Positions 18,467 to 27,784 of a stretch of DNA of 38,851 bases are shown here, piece after piece. A program made the translations under genes and the position numbers. Source of the stretch: a virus (Duplodnaviria; Caudoviricetes); the IMG/VR virus record IMGVR_UViG_3300025687_000123, positions 1-38,851 of that record. The stretch is one strand, 5' to 3'. Position 1 is the first letter of the stretch; the number at the start of each line of letters is the position of its first letter. The notes under the pieces were generated by a model that saw only the letters and a program-made list of their open reading frames with translations, had not been told where the DNA came from and did no database searches.

Positions 18467-18550
18467 TTTTGCGGAGAATTTTCCTGACCGAGAAATTCTC
18501 CTGAAGATTGCCCAATCCCGTTAAAAAATACCCCGATCAGGAAACCTGTT

Positions 18551-21433
18551 TTACTGAGAGCGCCTCCTTTCGATGTCTCTCAGCATGTCTTCAGTGATTG
18601 TGCCGCCTCGTAGTCCACGGCGCATCGTGTAGTATTCTCTCGCAAGAGTCTCTGGATCAGCTGCCAGCAGCTCGTCTACGCTACCGAATCCGCGTCCTCG
18701 GACAAAGTCTGGCAACAATTCCATGGCATTGATATCAGTTTCCACAAGCGTTCCAATGGGCCTTCCTGCTAAGCCTTGGCTGTACGTTCTGTGGCCTGAC
18801 TGCTCAAATCTTCCTAGATATGGATCTGCCGCGCCGACGTTCTGCAGCGTGTAATCTGGAGCGTTGTATTGCAGGCGGTCAGTCACAGCCAGCCTAGCCT
18901 GACCTATACCAATTCCGCCTTCGTTTCTGAAGTCGCGATCCATGACCTGCAGGATCTGCTTGCGCGGATCTCCTTTCATCATCGCGATTTGAGTGATGCT
19001 TTCTGGATTATCAATTCCTTTCCATTCCGGATAGATGCCTCTCAATGCCCGATCAACCTTCGCCTTGGATCTGCGCGTCATATTGTTGCGAGCGTGAGTC
19101 AGCATGGTCTCAGCAGTCATCGTGGCAAAATCTCCGCCAGAAGGAGCCATGCGGTACGGCAGCATAAGAATTTCGTCAGCTATCGGCTGGCCGCCAAGTC
19201 CCATGAAGCTATTGAGATACATGGAAGTGGCGCCTTTATCCTGCGCCCACACCTGACCTTCACGGCCAAGTGGATTGGCAAACATATAGTCCTGGCCGCC
19301 TTGCAGATCCACTGGGATATCATAATCGACGCCTTCCACGCCCAGCAGCCTAGATCCAGCCTTGGTTCTGTCAGCCATGGTGAGAGCGAACGGCTTTCCC
19401 TCAAGATCGTAAATGCTCACATATGGGCGCACAATTGGAGAGCTTTCATAGCGCAGCTCAGTGTCCAAGATGCGCTGCTGCTCCTTGGCTCTGCTGTCAA
19501 AGCGCGGATCAAAACCTTCGTCTCCAATCCTGAAAGTTTCACGGATAGCTGATCCTGCTGCTACGCCAGTGCCTGCTCTGCTGCCGGATCTCAGAGTTGT
19601 TCCGCCACCGGTGCGCTCGATCAATACGCCAGCCTGGCCGATCTTCTCCGGCAAGTTGCTGATAGTAAACTCGTCGCCCAGCTGGCCTTGGATGTACTCA
19701 CGCAGTTCTGGCTGCGTGAATCCTTTCTGGTAAGTGTCAGCCGTGGTGATGATAGACATCGGCTCGTCCCCAAGCCTGCCTTGTGCGTTCAAGACATCTC
19801 GTCCGCGAGTGGTCACAACAGCTCTGCCGCCAGGTCTCAGGACTCGGCCTATATCGGCAACGGCCTGATCTCTCACGTCCCGAGGCATAACATTCAGCAC
19901 GTTTAGCGATGTCAGCCTGTCATATGATTGGTCTGGGATGTCTGCAGCAGTCGTGTACGTCGGTGAGAAGCCTTCTCGTGGATATGGCTCAAAAGTGTCG
20001 AAGCCAATAGCCTGAGCGCCTTGGCCGCGTCCTGCGCCAAAGTCCAGAGCGCGTCCTTCGCTTCCCAATACTCCTGCCGCCTTCTCATAACTTGGAAGCG
20101 TAGATGCGCCCAGCTGTGTGCGCTGCGCGTTCTCCAGTGGAGGAAGCCTGCTGCCTGCAACGCTGAGCGTTTCATCGATAGCTGATCCTGCAGCCACGCC
20201 TGTGCCTGTCCTTCCGCCGCCTGAGTAAAGGATATTTGCGCTTTCTCTTTGCTCTGGATCAAATTCCGCGTTTACCGATCTAATGTTTTTGGGATCAAAT
20301 ATAGCTATTGTTGACATTGGCTCATCGTAATACTCAGCCAAACGCATTGAGTCAAATCCTTGATCCTTTAAAAAGCCAACCACCTCTGGGTTTTCATACA
20401 AGATATAATTACCTGACTGATACGCCTGTCTGTTTGTCATCCCAGAATTTAAGGTATTACTATCAGGATCGACTCCTTTGAACCTCATAAGAGCATCAAG
20501 TACGTCCGTATCTTTTGAAGGATCGAATGTATTTTGCACATTAGTTCTTACTGGATATATAGAGTATCCAGTAGAGCTATATTGCCTATATAAATCACTG
20601 CTTTCTTTATTGTAAGCATCACTTACAGATTTAGGCCAGTTTTCCCAATTACCGTACTGTGACTCGTACTTGTCCCAAACATTTTGACGTTCTTGCTTAT
20701 ATAACTTAGATAGCTCGTCATCGCCATGAATATCAACACGAGAACCACCTTTGCCTAACCAATTATTGGCAAATTCTCTGTCAGTAGTTAGAAAAGTCAG
20801 ACCATCGCTATACTTCGGTCTAAACTCATCAATTGGGTTTTCCGGCGCAGATGCGTGATAAAGAACATCGCCAAATCCTTGCTGTTCAGCTCTTCTTAAT
20901 CGAGCCGCATTCGATGTATCTAGTGCGCTTCGTGACCTGCCAAACCCAGAAGCCAGTGATCCAGATGGAGCGCCACCACCGCCCATAACAACCATAGGAT
21001 CAAACTCTACAATGCGATTTGATTCTGGATCATAGTAGCGACCGCCAGATGCAGCTGCACGCGCCTGCTCAGTGACCATCTGTGGGACAGCCTCTCCTAT
21101 GCCACGCAGAGCGCTGTATGCGCCGCGAACGGCCTGAGCCTGCTCGTTAGCATCACCGAAGAAAACGTCTCTTAGGAAGGATCCAGCGGCCTTTGCGCCA
21201 CGCACTACAGGAGTGTAGGAAAAGTCGGTCTCTGCCTCACCGTACTGCGCTGGAATGGTCTGGATCATCGCACGGCCACGGTCATCGTAGCCGATAAACT
21301 GGTTCTGCTCAGGACGGATTACTTGCCGACGTGTCGGTATAAACGCGCCCATGATGGTATCGCCACCATACTTGTAGTCTATGCCTTGTCTGGCGAGCTC
21401 TTCCTGAGCTAGCTGCTGATCGGTCTTAGCCAC
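18551..21433 (-). CDS. Polyvalent protein: ADP-ribosyltransferase-like domain + class I SAM methyltransferase + unknown C-terminal domain
   Basis: LYHAS...FLTTDREFA...YPVR...GFDSM...IFDPKNIRSVNAEFDP (ART-PolyVal-like); ALDFGAGRG, YDRLTSLNVLNV, LRPGGRAVV (methyltransferase). Probable GTG start at 21433 with GAGG RBS. Confidence 0.75.
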   Translation of the reverse strand: MAKTDQQLAQEELARQGIDYKYGGDTIMGAFIPTRRQVIRPEQNQFIGYDDRGRAMIQTIPAQYGEAETDFSYTPVVRGAKAAGSFLRDVFFGDANEQAQAVRGAYSALRGIGEAVPQMVTEQARAAASGGRYYDPESNRIVEFDPMVVMGGGGAPSGSLASGFGRSRSALDTSNAARLRRAEQQGFGDVLYHASAPENPIDEFRPKYSDGLTFLTTDREFANNWLGKGGSRVDIHGDDELSKLYKQERQNVWDKYESQYGNWENWPKSVSDAYNKESSDLYRQYSSTGYSIYPVRTNVQNTFDPSKDTDVLDALMRFKGVDPDSNTLNSGMTNRQAYQSGNYILYENPEVVGFLKDQGFDSMRLAEYYDEPMSTIAIFDPKNIRSVNAEFDPEQRESANILYSGGGRTGTGVAAGSAIDETLSVAGSRLPPLENAQRTQLGASTLPSYEKAAGVLGSEGRALDFGAGRGQGAQAIGFDTFEPYPREGFSPTYTTAADIPDQSYDRLTSLNVLNVMPRDVRDQAVADIGRVLRPGGRAVVTTRGRDVLNAQGRLGDEPMSIITTADTYQKGFTQPELREYIQGQLGDEFTISNLPEKIGQAGVLIERTGGGTTLRSGSRAGTGVAAGSAIRETFRIGDEGFDPRFDSRAKEQQRILDTELRYESSPIVRPYVSIYDLEGKPFALTMADRTKAGSRLLGVEGVDYDIPVDLQGGQDYMFANPLGREGQVWAQDKGATSMYLNSFMGLGGQPIADEILMLPYRMAPSGGDFATMTAETMLTHARNNMTRRSKAKVDRALRGIYPEWKGIDNPESITQIAMMKGDPRKQILQVMDRDFRNEGGIGIGQARLAVTDRLQYNAPDYTLQNVGAADPYLGRFEQSGHRTYSQGLAGRPIGTLVETDINAMELLPDFVRGRGFGSVDELLAADPETLAREYYTMRRGLRGGTITEDMLRDIERRRSQ

Positions 21434-23648
21434 CGTTGGCAATCCTCATGAGATCCATCGGAGACATCATGCGCATTTGTGCTTTGCGCCGCTCCTCATC
21501 CATGATCTCTGTCATCTTCTGCTGATTGTCCAGCTGAGCGCCCATGGTCTTGGCTGCAGTGTTGTCGATCGTGGCATTAGCCTGCTGGGCCTTGATCTGA
21601 GTCTCCATGCGCTTGGTCTCAGCGTTGAAGGCGTCAATCTGATTGTCTGCCTGATCTCCAATAGTTTGAGCTTGCAGCTTCTGAGCCTCGATCTGGAGCT
21701 TCATCTGCTCGTTCTGGAGCTTGGCCTGCTCGATCTGCGCTCTCAGCATCTCGGACTGCGCCTTCATCTGCTCAGCCTGCGCGAGTACCATCGCGGGATC
21801 CTGAGCCTGCTGGCCTTGAGCCATCTGCTGCTGCATCGCCATCAGCTCTTCTTCGGTCAGCTGGTTCTGTGGGATCAGTCCCGCGGCTACCATCTGGGCA
21901 CGCTTGCGGTCAGAGATCTGCTGGGCAGACGCTGTGGCCACGTTGTCCAGCAGCACGTCACCAGCGATCTGGAGAATGCTTGGATCAACCTTGGCGATCT
22001 CGATGATGGTCTCGATGGTCTCCTGCTGACGGTTCTTGAAGCTCGCTCCAGCCTTTACGGTCACGTCATAAGTGCCAACAGACAGATCATTCAGCGTCAC
22101 TACTTCGCCGGTCTGCTGGTCTACAACGCGCTGATTGATGTCAGCAACGTCGTATGTCTGGTCTTCCTTCAGGATCCTGACGGTTCGCGCAGAGTCGTAT
22201 ATGCGCGGGATCGCATCAACAAGAATGCGGCCAGTAGCACGGATGCCGTACTCCAGAGACTTGAAATACTTGATCGTGGAGTTGTCGCCTTTGTTCTGGA
22301 GGCTCTGGATCGCAATACCTGACTGCAGCTGCGGATTGTCGCCCATGTTCGCAGCGAACATGCCAGAGGCGTATGTGATCATGCCACGCATGGCCTCTGA
22401 GATTGTCCTGAGCCCAACATTGACCTGGGCTCCGCCTTGCTGTTGTGGAGCCAGTGGATACTCTGGATCGACGTTGAAAAACTGCACCGGATCGGAGTTT
22501 ACGTTCAAGGTAGCCAGCTGGTCCTCATGACCGGCAGCCTGCGCCATGGTCATCCAATACTTCGCTCTGGGAGCCAGTGCGGACTCTTCGATCTCGCGTG
22601 ACACTGAGTAGTTCAGCACGCGCTGTGAGTCCATCAGCTTCTCGACTGCGCCCCAGAATATGCTCTTATTCTCGAAGATCTTGTAATTGCCGTAGATGGG
22701 AACCACTGGGATCTTGCCGAATACGGTTTCCTTCTTGTCTCCAAGCCAGCCTTGAGCGTCGAAGAACCGTGAGCAGATCTCCTTCTTCACGCGCTTGCGA
22801 CGGCGCACCTCGGTAACGCCCAAGGCTTCCAGCTCGTCTTTGACCTTGTCCAGATCTTCGCCAGCCTCGTGTACCTGGCCATTGGACATCAGCACCAGCT
22901 CGCGCTCTTCTTCTTCGCAGTACAGCAGCTCACCGATAACCACGCACTCGGCCTTGTCATAATAGGCGTCACCGTCTCTGCCTTCATCGACAGACTGTCC
23001 TGAGCCTTCTGGCCAGCGTCGATCGTACTCTTCCTTGCCAACAGCGTGCAGCACAAAGCAGTAGCGAGAGTCGGACTTGTCCTGCTTCTCAGCAGCTGGA
23101 TCGAACCAGACTCGGTCAATCGGGTTCCCAATCTTCTCGATAAACAGATCCTGCTCAAAGGAGTCGTCATTGACGTACTTGTGAACCACTCGCCATGCGT
23201 CGAATCCCGCGGTCACCATGCCTCTGGCCGCGTGACTGTAGACCTCCTTCGCGTCCGACATGGACTCGATGTTACGGATAATGCCGTCGTAAGTGTTGGC
23301 GATATCCTTTGTCGAGTTTCCGCCAGCTGGCGAAACTTTAACGTCGAAGGCAGCCTGCTCGATCTCGGAACAGATCTGATCGATGATCGGGTTCACCATA
23401 TCGAACGTGTAGCGTGGCTTGTCTATGTTCGTGTTGTACCAGTAAGGCTCCCACTGGCCATCACGCTTATCCACGAAGAGCTGCGCCTCTCTGGCGTTGT
23501 CTCGCAGGTCAGCGTCAGCCTCCTGTGCGGCTTTCAACAGGTTCACGACGTACTGGTGATCGTCGTATTTGCCTTCGTCGTATGTCGCTTCTTCCTCGGC
23601 GTAATCCTTGTCTTCTACGCCGCTGTCCATCTCGTAATCTTCAGCCAT
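21426..23648 (-). CDS. Portal protein (P22 gp1-like)
   Basis: About 740 aa; VWFDP, IPVVPIYG, SGIAI, IPRIYDS.R.VRI, NDLSVGTYDVTV motifs and Gln-rich C-terminal barrel helix; follows TerL. Start taken as ATG 23648. Confidence 0.92.
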   Translation of the reverse strand: MAEDYEMDSGVEDKDYAEEEATYDEGKYDDHQYVVNLLKAAQEADADLRDNAREAQLFVDKRDGQWEPYWYNTNIDKPRYTFDMVNPIIDQICSEIEQAAFDVKVSPAGGNSTKDIANTYDGIIRNIESMSDAKEVYSHAARGMVTAGFDAWRVVHKYVNDDSFEQDLFIEKIGNPIDRVWFDPAAEKQDKSDSRYCFVLHAVGKEEYDRRWPEGSGQSVDEGRDGDAYYDKAECVVIGELLYCEEEERELVLMSNGQVHEAGEDLDKVKDELEALGVTEVRRRKRVKKEICSRFFDAQGWLGDKKETVFGKIPVVPIYGNYKIFENKSIFWGAVEKLMDSQRVLNYSVSREIEESALAPRAKYWMTMAQAAGHEDQLATLNVNSDPVQFFNVDPEYPLAPQQQGGAQVNVGLRTISEAMRGMITYASGMFAANMGDNPQLQSGIAIQSLQNKGDNSTIKYFKSLEYGIRATGRILVDAIPRIYDSARTVRILKEDQTYDVADINQRVVDQQTGEVVTLNDLSVGTYDVTVKAGASFKNRQQETIETIIEIAKVDPSILQIAGDVLLDNVATASAQQISDRKRAQMVAAGLIPQNQLTEEELMAMQQQMAQGQQAQDPAMVLAQAEQMKAQSEMLRAQIEQAKLQNEQMKLQIEAQKLQAQTIGDQADNQIDAFNAETKRMETQIKAQQANATIDNTAAKTMGAQLDNQQKMTEIMDEERRKAQMRMMSPMDLMRIANGG

Positions 23649-25074
23649 GGTTCTTCCATCCCGCAAAGTTGATCTTTACCGCCTGATTGTTGACGGCCTT
23701 CGGTGAGTACCCCATTGCCATCATAAGACTATCACCCATGTTCGGAGACGGCAGCTGATACGGCTTCTTGGCCATCTCGGTCTTGCTTAGGATCTGTATT
23801 CTACCAGAATTATTGCGCTTTAGCGGGATCCTGCAGACCTCTGAGCGCAGCTGGTCAATGTTGTTGATAGATGAGGACAGGCTGATCTGCAGCTCCGGAT
23901 CGACGTACTCGCCTTTCGTGACCGCCCGATAAGTAGCCTCGAAACGGTCTCGGAGCTTCCACCAATACTGGGCGCGACGGTTCAGGAAGGTATCCTTGTT
24001 GCTCGTGTTGCGCTCCATCCCGCCGCTGGTGTACGGCAAATCGGGATCCTCAACGGCCTGTGAGCCTTTAAACATGATGTACTTGATGCCGTTCTTGCCT
24101 TCCAGCGCCTGGTCAACCTGACGCTTCAGAGAGACTCCCAGACCGTCTGCGTCAAATACAAACCAATCCGCCTGGTCCTGCAGGCACTTGTCCAGAGCCC
24201 AATCCATGCCTTCAGCAACGTCTCCGGTGACCTTCTCGCATACGTCCAGCACCACGTTACCGTGCCGGAGGCAGTATCCTTTGCTGTCTCCGCCTTCGTC
24301 CGACGGATCGTGCGCAGCTATCCTTGCGCCTTCGGCCTTCCATCCAAGCTTCACATGGGCGTCCAGAGCGGCCTCAAACCACTCCACGGGAATGATGGAG
24401 TCTTCCACCTCGTCGTAGTATTCGCCTTCCCAGACGTGCCTGTAGAGCGCTGGAGACATCACCTGCTGGTCATGCTTGCGCTCAGCCTCAAGGACTTCTG
24501 GAAAAGCCGGATTGTCGCTGTAGTTGATCCAGACGATCGTGTGTAGCTCGTCTTGGTATATCCCATCACGGCGCAGCTGCTTCTCGAAAGGCTGGATAAA
24601 CCTCTGGCTGAATGCGTCCATCGCTGAGCGTGGATTGGCCGCCATCCATACCTCGGATCCAGCTGTACGCAAAGTCGGCGTGAGCGCCTTCAGGCTCGCC
24701 GCAGATATGGTCTGTGCCTCCTCCACGAAGACTCGATCGAAGTCGTGATAAGACTTGACCGACTCAGGATTCCTTGCCAATCCTTTGTACTTGAAGGCTG
24801 TCTGGCCGTTGAACAGGATCTCGTTCTTCTGGATCTCAAAGCCTTTCAATCCAAGCCGCTCGATCTCCGAAGATAGCAGAGCGTGTACCGAGTCGTCGAT
24901 GGAGACCTGATACTCGCGAGCGCAAAGGATCTTGATGGCTTTGGTCTGGGCGTCCAGCAGGCACATATCCGCCAGGCTCATTGACTTGCCGGATCCGCGG
25001 CCACCGATAGCGATCTTGTAGCGCTTAGGCTCCAGAAACGGTAGGAGCTTCTTCGGTAGCTGCATTTTTGGCAT
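23641..25074 (-). CDS. terL: Terminase large subunit (PBSX-like)
   Basis: Walker A GGRGSGKS, Walker B VFVEEA, AANP motif, nuclease D.DGLG and SPNMGDSLMM. Confidence 0.95.
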   Translation of the reverse strand: MPKMQLPKKLLPFLEPKRYKIAIGGRGSGKSMSLADMCLLDAQTKAIKILCAREYQVSIDDSVHALLSSEIERLGLKGFEIQKNEILFNGQTAFKYKGLARNPESVKSYHDFDRVFVEEAQTISAASLKALTPTLRTAGSEVWMAANPRSAMDAFSQRFIQPFEKQLRRDGIYQDELHTIVWINYSDNPAFPEVLEAERKHDQQVMSPALYRHVWEGEYYDEVEDSIIPVEWFEAALDAHVKLGWKAEGARIAAHDPSDEGGDSKGYCLRHGNVVLDVCEKVTGDVAEGMDWALDKCLQDQADWFVFDADGLGVSLKRQVDQALEGKNGIKYIMFKGSQAVEDPDLPYTSGGMERNTSNKDTFLNRRAQYWWKLRDRFEATYRAVTKGEYVDPELQISLSSSINNIDQLRSEVCRIPLKRNNSGRIQILSKTEMAKKPYQLPSPNMGDSLMMAMGYSPKAVNNQAVKINFAGWKNHG

Positions 25075-25220
25075 TATTCGTAGGTTGCCTTCTTCTTGCG
25101 CTTCTTGCCTGCTTTGCTCATCGCGATGGCAACTGCCTGATCACGCGGCCGGCCGGCCTCGATCTCCGCTCTGATGTTCTGGCTGATTACTTTGCGGCTC
25201 TTGCCTTTCTTCAGTGGCAT
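25074..25220 (-). CDS. Small Lys/Arg-rich protein (48 aa; below the ORF-track cutoff)
   Basis: Manual translation [48 protein letters not shown]; TAATG overlaps at both ends; GAGGTG/GGAG RBS. Confidence 0.85.
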   Translation of the reverse strand: MPLKKGKSRKVISQNIRAEIEAGRPRDQAVAIAMSKAGKKRKKKATYE

Positions 25221-25588
25221 TACTCCATCACCTCAATAGTCCAGTGCATGTCCATGTCTACCTCCAGAGGCTTGCCGTCAGCGCCTGTCAGCTCGGTGCG
25301 GCTCTTCTCTGTCCAGCCTGCTCGCTGGCTCAGCCATAGCTTGATGGAGTTGAAATCCCCATCGACCAGGCCTTTCTCGTAAAGCCTCTTGATCATCCTG
25401 TCGGCTGCAGTGGACAGCGATCTGTTGTATGCGTCAAGCATCTCAGGCTGTCTCTCAAATACTGCGCGTAAAGTGTTGTAGCAACAGCCTAAACGCATTG
25501 CGAGCTGCTCCTTGCTCAGTGAAGGAGCCAGCTCTTCAATGAGTTTCATTTCCTCGTCTCCGAAGATTACTTCTCTACCGCCGCTCAT
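25220..25588 (-). CDS. terS: Terminase small subunit
   Basis: 122 aa; N-terminal [18 protein letters not shown]-terminal [10 protein letters not shown]; upstream of TerL. Confidence 0.8.
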   Translation of the reverse strand: MSGGREVIFGDEEMKLIEELAPSLSKEQLAMRLGCCYNTLRAVFERQPEMLDAYNRSLSTAADRMIKRLYEKGLVDGDFNSIKLWLSQRAGWTEKSRTELTGADGKPLEVDMDMHWTIEVME

Positions 25589-26040
25589 AGGATGTCTTCC
25601 GGTTTCTCTACCTCAATTATGACCTGTGGAATGCCTCTTAGCGTGCGCTGCTCGCGTCTCGCCATGGCTGCATCGTATAGCTGTTTGTCCTTGTATCTCA
25701 TGCGCTCGCCTCTGGCCAATGCAGAGTCGCATATCAGGATGAAGGTATCGTCAAAATCCTGAGTCTTGCGCAGTATGTAATACGGGTCCGGCGTGCAGTC
25801 TCTGCTCTTTTCAAACAGCGCACCCACACCGAGCCCCAGCGATTTTACCACACTATCACCTTTTGCGCCGCAAGCAAAGCAGTAGAGCAGTAAGCGCTCA
25901 CCGTCGTTACCATCAACAACGCTGACCGACATGCTTGGATTGTTATCGTCGTGTACAGGACAGCAGGCTATCCACTTGTTGGATCCTTTGCTCTTTACTT
26001 TTTCCAGCCTGTCTAAAACTGGTTCGTACCATCCCATCAT
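25585..26040 (-). CDS. Primase-type zinc-finger protein without TOPRIM domain
   Basis: WIACCPVHDDNNPSMSV...LLYCFACG CHC2-like finger; only 151 aa. Confidence 0.75.
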   Translation of the reverse strand: MMGWYEPVLDRLEKVKSKGSNKWIACCPVHDDNNPSMSVSVVDGNDGERLLLYCFACGAKGDSVVKSLGLGVGALFEKSRDCTPDPYYILRKTQDFDDTFILICDSALARGERMRYKDKQLYDAAMARREQRTLRGIPQVIIEVEKPEDIL

Positions 26041-27533
26041 CTTCTCTTACTCCACCTAATTTGTTGCGACTTGATCCAGCTGGATATCTCTGGCGTAGGC
26101 TCTGTCATGATCTGCCTGAGCCCGTTCGGTGCGCAGCTGAAAGCCTCGATGTACTTGTGATATGCCCAGCCTTTCTTGTAGTTGTGGGCGTTCCCATAAA
26201 ACAGCAGTCCGCTGTACCAGAGCTGCTTCTGCTCCTTGGTCAGTGTCTTGCGTCTGTTCTCCGCTGGCGTCATGGTGTCGGCCTTGACCAGCTTGCTACC
26301 GTCATCCTTGATCACCTTGGTGTGGATTGGCAGCTCGTATCCGCACTTACACTTCAGGCCATAGAACGCACCAGTACACTGCGGGCATGTGTGCATCACA
26401 GGCTCTCGCTCTTCCTGCTTGGCCTGCTTGCGTTCCTCGAAGTTCCTGTCTCCAGAGTCTAGCTCTTCAGGCACCACGTCTTCCGGAAAGCAACCGAAGT
26501 GCTGCAGGTTCCCAGCGTGATCCAAGACAATAGCCTTCTCCTTGTCAGGATGTATCCGCCAGATCCGGCCTATTCGCTGGATCCATGTGATCAGGCTCTT
26601 GGTTTTATAGCAGTCGATGCAGATCTCCACTCCGCTATCATCCCAGCCGGTATTCAGAAGTCGTGAGTTGACGATAATCTTGTATATCCCGTCGCGAAAA
26701 TCTTGATATATCAGCTGGCGCGTTTCTTCATCCATGTACCCGTCGATGTGTACTGCTATCTCCTGACCAATCTCTTCGTTGAACCGTCTCACAAGGTTCT
26801 TGGAATATGCGATGCTTGGCGCGAAGCAAACAGCACGCTTAGTGAGTCCGTGACTATGCCTGACATAGTTGGCGACAATATCACCGCTCAGCGTGTTGTC
26901 TTCCAGCATCCTGCTGCCAAGCTCTTCTGGATCGTAATCAGAGTTTCCTGTGGCCGATCTCTTGAGTCGGATCCCAGAGTCATCAACGCTGCGCCCGATG
27001 TAATAGTCTGTCGGGCATAACCAACCGGCATCGATCAGATCCCGCGGCGTAGTGGTAACGATCAGATCCTGATATAGACCTTCAGCACCCAGGCCACGCG
27101 CATACGGCGTGGCTGTCAGCCCGATGTAGGTGACCATGTCCCAGCTGCGCATCTGATCAGTGAGACCTTTGTACATCTGGTGCGCCTCGTCGATGATCGC
27201 TATATCGTAGTGGAAATGATTTCGACGAATGGCCGTGGCAGTGCTGACAATCTGGATCTTCTTGTTTGGATTATACCGCGGATCGTCTGCCTGCAGTACC
27301 GAGTAATCCGCGCCCAGCCGATCGAAAGTTTCAATTGTCTGGTCAATCAATTTCAAACGGTCGCAGAAAAACGCGCACGTCCTGCCTTTGGCCGCAGCAC
27401 TCATTGCGATGTACGCAGCAATAATCGTCTTACCCATACTACAAGGCGCACTGAGGATAACGCGCTTGTTCCCAGCTTGCAGGCTGCGACGCAAAGCATC
27501 AACAGCCTGCACTTGGTGCGGTCTCAACTCCAT
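26037..27533 (-). CDS. Superfamily 2 (DEAH) helicase with C-terminal zinc finger
   Basis: LRPHQ, APCSMGKT, IIDEAH, GLTATP, TGWD, QRIGR.WR, LDHAGN, CPQC...C.CG. Confidence 0.92.
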   Translation of the reverse strand: MELRPHQVQAVDALRRSLQAGNKRVILSAPCSMGKTIIAAYIAMSAAAKGRTCAFFCDRLKLIDQTIETFDRLGADYSVLQADDPRYNPNKKIQIVSTATAIRRNHFHYDIAIIDEAHQMYKGLTDQMRSWDMVTYIGLTATPYARGLGAEGLYQDLIVTTTPRDLIDAGWLCPTDYYIGRSVDDSGIRLKRSATGNSDYDPEELGSRMLEDNTLSGDIVANYVRHSHGLTKRAVCFAPSIAYSKNLVRRFNEEIGQEIAVHIDGYMDEETRQLIYQDFRDGIYKIIVNSRLLNTGWDDSGVEICIDCYKTKSLITWIQRIGRIWRIHPDKEKAIVLDHAGNLQHFGCFPEDVVPEELDSGDRNFEERKQAKQEEREPVMHTCPQCTGAFYGLKCKCGYELPIHTKVIKDDGSKLVKADTMTPAENRRKTLTKEQKQLWYSGLLFYGNAHNYKKGWAYHKYIEAFSCAPNGLRQIMTEPTPEISSWIKSQQIRWSKRR

Positions 27534-27784
27534 TATCTGTCACCCGCCACCAGAAGTTGATCTTGCGGCTCGTACTTTCTGCACACCTCGGCATAGATGC
27601 CTTTGTAGTCAGGATGGCCATACTGCTTACTGCCTGTTGTCATCTGGTTATGACGCCACAGCGCAACGTCATTGCAGTAGCGGATCTCTTCAATGACCGC
27701 ATCTTCATAATCCATAGCGCCCGCAAGTAGCAAGGCGCTGATCAGGAATAAACTGAATGCAATAGATAAGCATGTCTTTATCAT
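27533..27784 (-). CDS. Small membrane-anchored protein
   Basis: 83 aa with hydrophobic N-terminus then G.MDYEDA...YC..V...GHPDYKG; coupled to both neighbours. Confidence 0.7.
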   Translation of the reverse strand: MIKTCLSIAFSLFLISALLLAGAMDYEDAVIEEIRYCNDVALWRHNQMTTGSKQYGHPDYKGIYAEVCRKYEPQDQLLVAGDR

